A stretch of 64,000 nucleotides of DNA from a virus. Its lineage: Duplodnaviria > Heunggongvirae > Uroviricota > Caudoviricetes. Under the pieces are notes generated by a model that saw nothing but the letters and a program-made list of their open reading frames with translations, did not search any database and was not told where the DNA came from. The DNA lies in IMG/VR virus record IMGVR_UViG_3300046779_000230, positions 23,562-87,561 of that record. One strand, 5' to 3'. Positions within the stretch are counted from its first letter, which is position 1, and every line of letters starts with the position of its first letter. Positions 45,144 through 54,360 of the stretch are shown piece by piece. The position numbers were made by a program, and so were the translations under genes.

Positions 45144-45673
45144 TTAAATTTGTAATAACTGTATCTGAATGTGGCGTTACCTACTAGGTATTGCACGTCT
45201 TGATTTGTTGATTGGAAGTTAAGAGATTCCAAAGAAATTGGAAATAGATCAATAAAACTAACTGTTTGAATAGCTTTATTGTTAGATCCTAAGATTTCTA
45301 GAGTTGCATCAGAATAGTTTTTAGCTAATTCAGAAACAACACCACGTTGGTCTTCGTTGATAAAATTAACGTACTGATTGTAGTCATTAGGAAATCCCAA
45401 TGCAATAATCCAGTTGTATATGGATTTGTAGTTCTCCATACTTTCGTCTACCAAAAACTGAACATTCAAAGTATCGTAAGTAAGAGACTCACCTGGAATT
45501 GGTGTTGTGTGGAATGGGTTTCCAAACTCTGGTGAACCAATCAAAATCCCTGGAAGATTTACTTGCTGACAGAAGAATGATACGCTTGGTAATTTTTGAA
45601 TGGCAAAATTGAACCCATTTGGTGACAATGGATTTAAATTTGCTGGAAGAGGACAGGTAAGTGTTGTAGCCAT
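45140..45673 (-). CDS. 3: Tail-tube-fold protein, gp3-like tail tube terminator (a gp19 paralog)
   Basis: FFCQQVNLPGILIGSPEFGNP...PIPGES shares the F-C-x4-LP...IP..GE pattern of gp19 in this window. The position (g23, g3, uvsY) matches cyanophage-type synteny. Confidence 0.55.
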   Translation of the reverse strand: MATTLTCPLPANLNPLSPNGFNFAIQKLPSVSFFCQQVNLPGILIGSPEFGNPFHTTPIPGESLTYDTLNVQFLVDESMENYKSIYNWIIALGFPNDYNQYVNFINEDQRGVVSELAKNYSDATLEILGSNNKAIQTVSFIDLFPISLESLNFQSTNQDVQYLVGNATFRYSYYKFN

Positions 45674-45690
45674 AAAATTATTTAGGAATT

Positions 45691-45715
45691 AAAAAAGGCT
45701 CCCGAAGGAGCCTTT
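45691..45715 (-). terminator. Rho-independent terminator with a UUCG tetraloop, after the major capsid gene
   Basis: The minus strand reads AAGGCUCC-UUCG-GGAGCCUU then UUUUUU. Confidence 0.7.
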
Positions 45716-45750
45716 GAGTACCTATCTTACGTAGGTTCTATCTTACTTGA

Positions 45751-47028
45751 TTACATCAAGTTTGTAACTTTAACCTTGCGGTAGTATACGTTTTGGCCAG
45801 AAGCCATGCTAGTGAATGGGTTTGCAACCATACCGTAGCGAGTCTTGAAACCAATCTTTGGTTGGAAAGTGTTTGGATCAACTGCACGAACCATTTGTAG
45901 AGGAACGTATGGGCAGTAGAACAAACCAGCGTCAAAGGCAGAAGTACCTTTGTAACCAACAACGAAGAACTGGCTAGCAGACACGTTTGCAGAGTATGGA
46001 TCAACATACACTTTGTACTTGCCGTTTAGAACACCAGCGAAAGTAGTAGAAGTGTCGTCAACGTTTAGACCATTGTTACCAGCCAAAGCAGGAGTGTAGT
46101 CTAGAACACCAGCCATCGCCAATGCAGAAGCAACGTCTGCAGAAGTGATGATGAAGTTACCACGACCACGACGAGTTTGTTGACCGATAGCGTTTGCTTC
46201 ACGTTCGATTTGGAACATCAAGCCCTTGAACTTTTCAACAGACCAGCGACCATTAGAGTCAACGTCCAAGTCGAAAGTACCAGCAGTAGCAGTACCAACT
46301 TGGGCACCAGCCTTAGCAGCAGAGTAAACAGTACGAACAACTTCGCGGTTGATTTCTGCAGTGATTTCAGAAGACAAGATGTTAGACAATTCGCCTTCAG
46401 CATCCAAACCATGAACTGCCTTCAAGTCTTGAGCCAATTCAATAGTGTATTCTGCTTTCAAAGCACGAGTTTGTGCAGTAACAGTAGTCTTCTCGATAGA
46501 GAATGCCATTTGGTTGAACGCTGTTGCGCCACCTAGATCTTCAGCAGTAGCTGTAGAAACTGGAGTACCAGTAGTGTAAGTACCGTCAACTGGGTTAGAA
46601 CCAGCGTGAGTACCAGCACCAGAGAAGTCAGTATCTGCTTCGTTAAATAGAGCTTCAGCGCCAGCTTGGTTAGTGTACTTGCTCTTCATAGCGAAGATTA
46701 AACCAGTTGGTTGAGTCATTGGCTGAACACCAGCGATGTCATAAGCGATCATCTGTGGAGCAGCACGGCGAACCAAGCTGATTAGAACTGGATCGTAACC
46801 AGCCATGTTTGCGTTAGTACCAGCACCACCCAAAGCGATACCGTCGCCACCAGCGTTAGCTGGAGTAGCTTCGAACAATGCTTGAGCTTGCTTTGCCATT
46901 TCGCGTTCTTGGTTTTCCAAAAGAACAGCAGTAACTTCCTTACGGTAGTTGTCTTTGATAGATGGTGCAGATTCTGCGTTTAGAATCGGTGCCCATTTTT
47001 CCATTAGTTGTTGACGTGATGCAGTCAT
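45751..47028 (-). CDS. 23: Major capsid protein gp23
   Basis: Blocks parallel to T4 gp23: LMEKWAPIL, AYDIAGVQPM, KAEYTIELAQDLKAVHG, FQPKIGFKTRYG. Confidence 0.9.
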   Translation of the reverse strand: MTASRQQLMEKWAPILNAESAPSIKDNYRKEVTAVLLENQEREMAKQAQALFEATPANAGGDGIALGGAGTNANMAGYDPVLISLVRRAAPQMIAYDIAGVQPMTQPTGLIFAMKSKYTNQAGAEALFNEADTDFSGAGTHAGSNPVDGTYTTGTPVSTATAEDLGGATAFNQMAFSIEKTTVTAQTRALKAEYTIELAQDLKAVHGLDAEGELSNILSSEITAEINREVVRTVYSAAKAGAQVGTATAGTFDLDVDSNGRWSVEKFKGLMFQIEREANAIGQQTRRGRGNFIITSADVASALAMAGVLDYTPALAGNNGLNVDDTSTTFAGVLNGKYKVYVDPYSANVSASQFFVVGYKGTSAFDAGLFYCPYVPLQMVRAVDPNTFQPKIGFKTRYGMVANPFTSMASGQNVYYRKVKVTNLM

Positions 47029-47054
47029 TTTATTTTCCTTTTAAATTGTTGAGA

Positions 47055-48038
47055 TTATTTGCGGTTTAGTGCTTGTAGATACTTTGCCATTGTTGGGTCA
47101 ACTTTCTTTTCCTCGAACAATGCTTCTACTGGAGCGTCTGATACAACAGAAGATACTTCTGCTGCTGGTTTTGCGACGAAATAATTTTCGCGGATTGTTT
47201 GAACTTTACCTTTGAAAGATTCTGAATCTTCAAAGACTAATTCTTCTGCTAGACCTTTCAACTTCTCGACTTCAGTTGCCGCCAAACCTTCGCATGCCAT
47301 TGTAACGATTTCGTTACGAGTCATTTCGCTGACAGTTTTTGTCAACTCAACGTTGGCTGCTACTTGTTCGTCCAACTTAGCGTTTAGTTGTTCAATCTGT
47401 TCTTCTAAAGAACCTAGTACATCAAACTTCTCTTCTGGAACTTCGATATAGTGTTCTTCGAATAAACCTTTTAGTCCAGCAACAAATCCTTCTAGGATTT
47501 CCGCCTTCATACCACGCTCAAGGGCTAATTCATTCTGTGCCATCCACTGCTCGGCAATATAGCCAAGATATCCATCAACTTGTTCAACAATTCCCTCGAT
47601 ATTCTGTGCTAGTTGTTCATCCAACTTAGCTTCGAATGCTTCTTCTAGTTTAGCAACTTCTTGCTTAACTCTAGATACTACAGCTGCTTCAAAAATAGTT
47701 GCAGCTTTAGTTTTAAATTCTTCTGACAATTCTTCGCCGTTGATTAGAGCAGCAACATCAGCAGAAACGTCTACAGACAATTCTTCTTTAACTGTTGGCT
47801 TTGCGTCTTGTGCAGATGCGTTTGCTGTTACTTTGTTAGCCTTCTTAGAAGTACCACCTTCAGCAGACTTTTCATCTTCAACATCATTACGTGCGTTGTC
47901 TGGGTTCTGTGCAGCAGACGGAGCTTTTAGAGCTTCTTCGTCTAACTCATCTTCTACTAGATCTTCGGACAATTGCTCTTCAATTTGAGCTTCCTTAGAT
48001 TCAGCTAGAAGTTTAGCGATTTTTTGTTCGATTGACAT
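47055..48038 (-). CDS. 22: Prohead scaffold protein gp22
   Basis: Acidic coiled-coil protein of 327 aa, sitting between gp21 and gp23. Confidence 0.65.
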   Translation of the reverse strand: MSIEQKIAKLLAESKEAQIEEQLSEDLVEDELDEEALKAPSAAQNPDNARNDVEDEKSAEGGTSKKANKVTANASAQDAKPTVKEELSVDVSADVAALINGEELSEEFKTKAATIFEAAVVSRVKQEVAKLEEAFEAKLDEQLAQNIEGIVEQVDGYLGYIAEQWMAQNELALERGMKAEILEGFVAGLKGLFEEHYIEVPEEKFDVLGSLEEQIEQLNAKLDEQVAANVELTKTVSEMTRNEIVTMACEGLAATEVEKLKGLAEELVFEDSESFKGKVQTIRENYFVAKPAAEVSSVVSDAPVEALFEEKKVDPTMAKYLQALNRK

Positions 48039-48072
48039 CGTGTTCTCCTGTAACTGGAATAGTTCTATTAAA

Positions 48073-48088
48073 TTATTTATTATTTATC
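48073..48088 (-). promoter_or_regulatory. Late-promoter-like element GATAAATAATAAATAA
   Basis: The minus strand reads cagATAAATAATAAATAAT, 43 nt upstream of gp22. The same 15-mer recurs at 58101..58115. Confidence 0.4.
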
Positions 48089-48737
48089 TGATTTCACTCA
48101 GAAATTTCTTGAAAGCGTAAGCCTTTGCTTCTTCTAAATTCTTTGATGAAGTTTTCTTAATTAAAGACTTGACAGCATCAATATGTTTTTCCACAAACTT
48201 TCCATCAACAAATACCCACTCTTTAGATTCCATAATGCCTCTAACGAAAGCATCTGGAGCAGATGGGTCGGCAACGATATCAGCGGCTGTTGAAAGCATA
48301 AAATCGTCTTGTACAACTTGAACACCTTCTTTGTTCATCTGTAAAGAACCAAGAGCACGACTAGAAACGCCAAGGTTTGCTCCACCGTCTAATAGACCAC
48401 GTGCAATATTACCCATTGGTGTTTCAAGAATCTTTGCTCTACCGATATAGTTGGTACCTTCTTTACGAAGATCAACAATAAGATGAGACACTCTGTCTAA
48501 GTTAATAGATGGTGTGTCTGGGTGGCCAAGTTCACCGTAAGCGCGATTTGCTTTAACATATGATTCCATATATCTTGCAACTTCTTTATCCATGATTTGC
48601 TCTGGATAAGATCTACCATTACGGTTTATTAGTTCTGATTGAAGAAAAATACCTTCGATAAAGTATTGTTTACTTTTACCTAGTTTTTCTTCAACGATAA
48701 ATTTTGTATCTAGAACTTCTTCTCTGATAAGTTTCAT
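48084..48737 (-). CDS. 21: Prohead protease gp21
   Basis: GELGHPDTP, GVSSRALGSL and SAPDAFV parallel T4 gp21 GELNHP, GVSSRGLGSL and SAPDAWV. Confidence 0.9.
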   Translation of the reverse strand: MKLIREEVLDTKFIVEEKLGKSKQYFIEGIFLQSELINRNGRSYPEQIMDKEVARYMESYVKANRAYGELGHPDTPSINLDRVSHLIVDLRKEGTNYIGRAKILETPMGNIARGLLDGGANLGVSSRALGSLQMNKEGVQVVQDDFMLSTAADIVADPSAPDAFVRGIMESKEWVFVDGKFVEKHIDAVKSLIKKTSSKNLEEAKAYAFKKFLSEIR

Positions 48738-48738
48738 T

Positions 48739-49170
48739 TTAGCTTCCTACTGTAGTTGTGTTGTCGTAAGAACCGAATTCTGCGTCTTCTACTTTAGGTG
48801 CATATCCAGAAACTTTACGTAGTTTTAAATATAACTCTACATAACCAGTACCAGTTTGCGCGACTTCAATGTCGAATGTGTTCGCTGTATTCTCTGATGG
48901 CAACTCTTGACCATCAAAAGAAATCATATCAGCTTGTTCAGTTGGTAGTGTCAAAACTCTTGTTGAGTTTCTAGAAACTGCAATAACATTGGCATTCTCA
49001 CCACCCCAACGAACACCAGTAATATTAACTGTTTGTGTCGCGCCAGAGATAGCTTGGTTGCTGTCTAAAATGTCTGCTTGAATATCAATAGTAGCAGTGC
49101 CGCCATTACCTGCGACTTTAACAACAGCTTCTGTTTCTGTTAGTTTTAAAATGCTTTTAGTTAGTGCCAT
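48739..49170 (-). CDS. Hypothetical protein; paralog of the ORF at 2029..2526
   Basis: See the paralogy noted for 2029..2526. Confidence 0.55.
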   Translation of the reverse strand: MALTKSILKLTETEAVVKVAGNGGTATIDIQADILDSNQAISGATQTVNITGVRWGGENANVIAVSRNSTRVLTLPTEQADMISFDGQELPSENTANTFDIEVAQTGTGYVELYLKLRKVSGYAPKVEDAEFGSYDNTTTVGS

Positions 49171-49606
49171 TTTGTTCCTCTAATTTATCGAGCACATATA
49201 GAAAGTTTTCTTTTGACTCTCTCATATACTCAATAATATCTTTTTGATTCTGTAACAAATTATTTAGGCGTTCTTGAGTTTGTTCTGAAATTGCTACAAT
49301 TGTTTTGTCTGACAGAACATAATGTATCTTGTTCTCAACTAATCTATCAATTTTGTTGTATTTACGCAGTTCACAGATAACAGGGTCTACTGAAAAAATA
49401 TTAGAAGCAGCTAACTCAACATATGACTCTATCAGAGTATCTGTTACTCTAACATCATGATGTTCTTTGATTATTTCTGCTACCTTTGAAGATGGAATTT
49501 CTTCGTAGGCTTCTTTAACTACTTCTTCTACAACATGATCAGTTGATGGCTTACCCACAGACTTGCTGTGTATATTCATTGAACCAACAAACTGTTTATA
49601 ATTCAT
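49157..49606 (-). CDS. Prohead core protein, gp68-like
   Basis: Position and size (149 aa) match T4 gene 68. Confidence 0.45.
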   Translation of the reverse strand: MNYKQFVGSMNIHSKSVGKPSTDHVVEEVVKEAYEEIPSSKVAEIIKEHHDVRVTDTLIESYVELAASNIFSVDPVICELRKYNKIDRLVENKIHYVLSDKTIVAISEQTQERLNNLLQNQKDIIEYMRESKENFLYVLDKLEEQNGTN

Positions 49607-49788
49607 TACTCAGCTTCTGCCTCTGTTTCTGTCTGTTGGACATTGAACATATTTTGAGCAACTTGTACTCTCATATCATCTAGCTTCACAGATAATTTTT
49701 CTGCCATAGCGGCATTGAATGCAGATTCTGTATCAACAGCATTACCTGTAACAATAGCAGAAATAAGATCTTTCACAGTATCAGTCAT
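49606..49788 (-). CDS. Prohead core protein, gp67-like
   Basis: VKDLISAIVTGNAVDTESAFNAAMAEKL resembles the gp67 N-terminus (LIEAIKSNDLVAARKLF..AM). It has an acidic tail. Confidence 0.5.
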   Translation of the reverse strand: MTDTVKDLISAIVTGNAVDTESAFNAAMAEKLSVKLDDMRVQVAQNMFNVQQTETEAEAE

Positions 49789-49798
49789 TTAGTTCTCC

Positions 49799-51472
49799 TC
49801 AATTTGGCCATTTGCCTTTAGTCGGCTGTTTATTTGTTTGTTGCGTTTGGTCGTCTGCTGGTTGCTCATCTTGCGGAGCAGCGTCGGCACCTTGGTCACC
49901 ACCATCTTGTCCTTCAGGTTGAACCATGTTCTGCGCCATAAAGTTTTGTGCAGCTGTTTGTTGAGCGCCATCTAGTGTGCCCAATTGTTCAGCGTGTGAT
50001 AATTGGTCAGCTTGTTCAGATTCGATTTGGTTTTCGATTTCTTCAATCTCATCATCTTTCAATTGAAGAACATTCTTACGAACCCATTCTTTTGAATAGT
50101 ACTTGCCAACGAATGGATCTAACTGAGCTAACATGTTAACACGTTGTAACAATACTTCTGAATCTTTTAGTTCTGAGTAGTGATTGTCTTCAACAAAGTC
50201 GTAACGAATGTCTTGCTTGATATCATCCCACTCTTCTGGGCGAATGATATTCTTTGCGATTAACTGAACACGTAGCGCATCAGTAAACATTGTAGAGAAT
50301 TTTCTACGCAGTCTAACGATAAACTTATTAAACTTAATTTCTTCTCTGCTGATTTCAGTTGAACGACCAATAGAAAAACCTTGCTGCTCTTGCAAACGGC
50401 TAATTGGCACGTTTAGTGAGTGGTACAACTTGGATTGGAAGTATTCAATATCTTGAATCTCACCAAGGTTTTGTCCACCTGGAAGTGTAGTAATTTCTGT
50501 GCCTTTACCGCCTTCACGACGTGGCATCCAGAAGTCTTCCATCATTGAAAGGTGTTTACGATCGTCACGTGTTTCACCAGTAGTTGCGTCATAAACAATC
50601 TTGTTACGGAACTTGTTCATAATATCGTTAACATACTGTTCAGCTTTTAGCTTTGGTAAGTTACCAACGTCAACGTAGAAAATTCTACGCTCTGGGGCGC
50701 GTGAAATACGATAGATGACTAGGGCGTCTTCGATAAGTTTTAATTGGTTTACTGGTTTGATTGCCTTATGTAGATAAGACATCATCATGCCAGTGTTCTG
50801 GTCAATGTAACCAGATGGTACATACAACACAGAATCAAGGGACATCTTCACCCCTTGTGTAGCTGAGTCAGTGATACCTTTATCATTGTAAAGATAAAAC
50901 TCTTCGACTGTCTTTACAACTTCTAGTCCTTGAGCGTTTTTTTCTTTTACAATGTTTTTAATTCTACGAATCTTACGAGGATCAATGTATCTAAGTTCTA
51001 CGATACCTTGCTTGACATTCTTTTCGTCAATCAAGATATGAAAATACAATCTTCCGTCAATGTACCAATTACGGAATAACTCGTGTGCGCGATCGTTGAA
51101 TTTTAAAATCTTTAAGACTTTTGCAAATTCTTCTGAGATCTTTTTCTTGATTGCAGAAGAAACATTAACATCGTCTAATACAATACTGACTGGTGGATGC
51201 ACTCCATCAGCCACTATAGATTCATTAACAATATCATCAATAGCACCATCACAATCGCTGTACTGAGCAGTTTCACGATAACGACGAATTAAATCATTCT
51301 CGTTTTTTACGATGCTATCTAAGTCGATGACCATGCCATAATAACCACCAGAATTGACTCCAAAACTGGTGTTTACTACAGTTGCACCATCACCATCAGC
51401 TGCGCTCGGAGCAACAATACTCAGAGGCGCAGCTTGGTCTTTACGTTTTATCTCGAACCCAAAAATATTCAT
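49799..51472 (-). CDS. 20: Portal protein gp20
   Basis: SYLHKAIKPVNQLKLIEDALVIYRISRAPERRIFYVDVGNLP parallels T4 gp20 [42 protein letters not shown]. Confidence 0.95.
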   Translation of the reverse strand: MNIFGFEIKRKDQAAPLSIVAPSAADGDGATVVNTSFGVNSGGYYGMVIDLDSIVKNENDLIRRYRETAQYSDCDGAIDDIVNESIVADGVHPPVSIVLDDVNVSSAIKKKISEEFAKVLKILKFNDRAHELFRNWYIDGRLYFHILIDEKNVKQGIVELRYIDPRKIRRIKNIVKEKNAQGLEVVKTVEEFYLYNDKGITDSATQGVKMSLDSVLYVPSGYIDQNTGMMMSYLHKAIKPVNQLKLIEDALVIYRISRAPERRIFYVDVGNLPKLKAEQYVNDIMNKFRNKIVYDATTGETRDDRKHLSMMEDFWMPRREGGKGTEITTLPGGQNLGEIQDIEYFQSKLYHSLNVPISRLQEQQGFSIGRSTEISREEIKFNKFIVRLRRKFSTMFTDALRVQLIAKNIIRPEEWDDIKQDIRYDFVEDNHYSELKDSEVLLQRVNMLAQLDPFVGKYYSKEWVRKNVLQLKDDEIEEIENQIESEQADQLSHAEQLGTLDGAQQTAAQNFMAQNMVQPEGQDGGDQGADAAPQDEQPADDQTQQTNKQPTKGKWPN

Positions 51473-51492
51473 AATTAAGTTTTTAGTTTAAC

Positions 51493-52080
51493 TTATAGAG
51501 GTAGAGAACCAACTGGTGTATCAATAGAAACATTGACACCAAAGCCAGAAGTCGCACCAGTGTTAGAAGTAAAGAAGTTGTATTGGAATTCAACATCAAA
51601 CTGCTCAATGGCATTTTGTTGTTCATAATCCAAGCCAATAGCTCCAATTACAGTTGGGAATGCGTCTACAAACTTATAAGTCTTGACAGTTGCACCATTA
51701 CGATCTAGTTGGTGAACAGCTAGGTCAACTTGATAGTCAGATGGGTTTACACGACCGCTAGTAGTGTCGTAGTTCTGAATACCAGACTGCCATTGTTCTA
51801 GAGCATTACGAATACCGAATGTAGTATCGTTATACACAGTAACTGACCATGGTTGGAAAGTGCGTTCACCAGCGAAGTTTACTGGGCGACCACGATACAA
51901 AACTGGAATAGTTTCGATAGTAGAAGCTGGTAGTGTTGCTGCCTTACATAAGAATTGAGCACGTTGTCCTGCAACAACACCCAATGTCACGAATGACGGG
52001 AATGTTAGTTCAACACGGAATTGATTAGGGCGAGCACCGCCCCCAATCATTTGTGCCTTAAAATCAGCGATATTTGCCAT
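51493..52080 (-). CDS. 19: Tail tube protein gp19
   Basis: ARPNQFRVELTF...FLCKAATLPASTIETIPVLYRGRPVNFAGERTFQPWSVTVYND parallels T4 gp19. Confidence 0.95.
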   Translation of the reverse strand: MANIADFKAQMIGGGARPNQFRVELTFPSFVTLGVVAGQRAQFLCKAATLPASTIETIPVLYRGRPVNFAGERTFQPWSVTVYNDTTFGIRNALEQWQSGIQNYDTTSGRVNPSDYQVDLAVHQLDRNGATVKTYKFVDAFPTVIGAIGLDYEQQNAIEQFDVEFQYNFFTSNTGATSGFGVNVSIDTPVGSLPL

Positions 52081-52099
52081 TTAAATCTCCTTGTTCCTT

Positions 52100-52107
52100 T
52101 ATTTATC
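52100..52107 (-). promoter_or_regulatory. Late-promoter-like box GATAAATA upstream of gp19
   Basis: The minus strand reads GATAAATAAAggaacaAGGAGAtttaaATG. Confidence 0.35.
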
Positions 52108-52116
52108 TCTTACTTC

Positions 52117-54285
52117 TTAAGCGCCGATTTCGCTAAAGTTGATACCAGAGCGAGCAGCCACGAAGTTCAAGCTGATAAAGTTGATAGAACGGTTTGGTTT
52201 AACGAAGATATCGGCAACGAATTCGTTACGGTCAATAACCTCACCAGTGTTGTTAGATTCGTCGCACTTAACAACGAAGTCTGTGATACCACGGCGACCT
52301 TGTACATCACGTAGGAATGGCTCGACCAAGTTCTTGAACTGAGCGCGAGTGAAACCATCGTTGAATTCAAACAACTGGTACTTAGCAGCAGTAGCGATTG
52401 CTTTCTCAAGAACGATAAACAAACGACGAACGTTGATACGATCAAACGCAGATGGCTTGCTTAGAAGAGTCTTGTCGCCAAATAAGACAGTACCTTCGCC
52501 TGGGAATGTAACAACTGGGTTTACGCCAGCTTTGTACAAGTTATCGCGATCAGTCTTGTGTAAGAATACACCTAGTTTAACAACATTCTTGATTTGACCA
52601 CGGTTTAGACCACCTGGAGAGAACCATGGGTCATTAGTATAGTCAGTGCGCGCACATAGACCAGCAACATCACCGTTCAATGGGATCCAACGATACTTGT
52701 CGTTGTAACGGTCATATTGATATTTGTAACCAGAGTCCATCACTGCATAAGAAGTAGACGGAAGAGCATTTCTATACTCGATAATCTGATCAACAGCAGA
52801 AGATCCATTTAGGATAACTTCTCCAGTATCTACGTTTTCTGGTGAAATGAACACAACACAATCTTTACGTGTTTCAGCAACGTTGTTAATAACATATGTT
52901 GCAACAGTGGCAGAAGCCTTGCCCAATGGAATCAAGCTGATGTCGTATTCAGTGTCGTTGGCTAGCAATTCCCATGCTGTCATTAGTTCACCATCAGTTG
53001 GCATACCACCATCAACACCACCAGATAGACGGTAATCGCTGTAACCAGCGTTTACGAATGCTGTATTGTCAGCAACACCACCCCAGTTAGTTCCACCAAC
53101 TGGATGATCCATCCACCAGATGTACTGAGAGCGAGAGTTAATAACATCTTTGTAGTAGTTGTTTGTTCCATCAGATTTCTTGGCATTTAGAGCTTTAGAA
53201 ACAAATGCAAACTTTTCTAGAACACCGCCTGGAGTTCCAGTCCAACGACCATCAGCGTCAATAACGATAACGTGTAGTTCATCATTAGAACCAGAAACAG
53301 AAGCAGCAAAATCTGAAGTTCCTGGAGCTGAATCGAATTCAGACTTATGATCCCAAGTAGCCCATTCACCTGCATCACACACACCAACGTAAATAGAGTT
53401 ACCAAGAGTACCTGGATACTTAGCAGCCCACTGCCCGATAACAGCAGCGCCATCGTGGTAGTTTTGTAGATAATCTGAAGAGTTATTAACCTTAACACCA
53501 GAAACTACTACAGTAGCTGTTGCAGTCGCTGCTGTTCCGCCGCCACCTGCAGGTGCATTGATAGTAACAGTTGGCGCAGATGTGTATCCAGAACCAACGT
53601 TAGAAACAAAAATACTAGTAATAATAGAATTACCTATTGTAACAGTGCCTACTTCTGCACCTGTGCCATTACCAGAAATAACAGCAGATGGAGAAGAAGT
53701 ATAACCAGTACCAGCATTAGTGATTGTGATACCAGTAACAACACCGCTAGAAATAATAACAGTACCTTGGGCTCTAACACCACCAGTTACTTGTGGTAGG
53801 GCAAAATCTACAGTAGCTGTAGTGTATCCAGATCCACCGCTAGAAATTGTAGCAGCAGTAACACCGCCGCCAGATAATCTTGCCACACCAGTTGCAGTAA
53901 CACCACCTGGAGTCTGTGGATTTGAGAATGTTACTGCTGGAACATCAGTGTAACCAGAACCTGGTGTAGTCACTGTTACACCAGTAACCATACCAGTTTG
54001 AACTGCTACGGCGTTTCTTGCCTGAGCAGAATCTGTTCTAACTGCGATTAAATTGTTTGTATATGATAGGAAGTTTGCAGCAGTGAAAAAGTCTGCAGCG
54101 TTGTGTTCTTCTGGTTTGCCAAAGTTACGAACCAATTCATTTTCTGAAGACACTGTTGTAGGAGCCAATACTGGACCCCACTGGAAATGCCCAGCAAAAC
54201 CGCCAGCAGAACTAGATACTGCTGGAACGATTGAAGAAAAATCTTTTTCTGTGACTGCAACGCCTGGAGATAGTTGGAACGGCAT
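52117..54285 (-). CDS. 18: Tail sheath protein gp18
   Basis: GHFQWGP, YKYQYDRYNDKYRWIPLNGDVAGLCARTD and SINFISLNFVAA parallel T4 gp18 GKFQWGP, YKYQYDKYNDVNRWVPLAADIAGLCARTD and SINYITLNFVAT. Confidence 0.95.
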   Translation of the reverse strand: MPFQLSPGVAVTEKDFSSIVPAVSSSAGGFAGHFQWGPVLAPTTVSSENELVRNFGKPEEHNAADFFTAANFLSYTNNLIAVRTDSAQARNAVAVQTGMVTGVTVTTPGSGYTDVPAVTFSNPQTPGGVTATGVARLSGGGVTAATISSGGSGYTTATVDFALPQVTGGVRAQGTVIISSGVVTGITITNAGTGYTSSPSAVISGNGTGAEVGTVTIGNSIITSIFVSNVGSGYTSAPTVTINAPAGGGGTAATATATVVVSGVKVNNSSDYLQNYHDGAAVIGQWAAKYPGTLGNSIYVGVCDAGEWATWDHKSEFDSAPGTSDFAASVSGSNDELHVIVIDADGRWTGTPGGVLEKFAFVSKALNAKKSDGTNNYYKDVINSRSQYIWWMDHPVGGTNWGGVADNTAFVNAGYSDYRLSGGVDGGMPTDGELMTAWELLANDTEYDISLIPLGKASATVATYVINNVAETRKDCVVFISPENVDTGEVILNGSSAVDQIIEYRNALPSTSYAVMDSGYKYQYDRYNDKYRWIPLNGDVAGLCARTDYTNDPWFSPGGLNRGQIKNVVKLGVFLHKTDRDNLYKAGVNPVVTFPGEGTVLFGDKTLLSKPSAFDRINVRRLFIVLEKAIATAAKYQLFEFNDGFTRAQFKNLVEPFLRDVQGRRGITDFVVKCDESNNTGEVIDRNEFVADIFVKPNRSINFISLNFVAARSGINFSEIGA

Positions 54286-54360
54286 TGTTGTTCTCCTTGT
54301 TTAATAGTTTTACTCTAGACAATTTTATGTCTACATTTTATTTAGTTTTTACAGGATTTC

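Noticed and set aside
49789-49971. 60-aa minus ORF overlapping the 3' end of the portal gene
   Set aside because: It is out of frame with, and almost entirely inside, the portal gene (49799..51472), and it has no ribosome-binding site.
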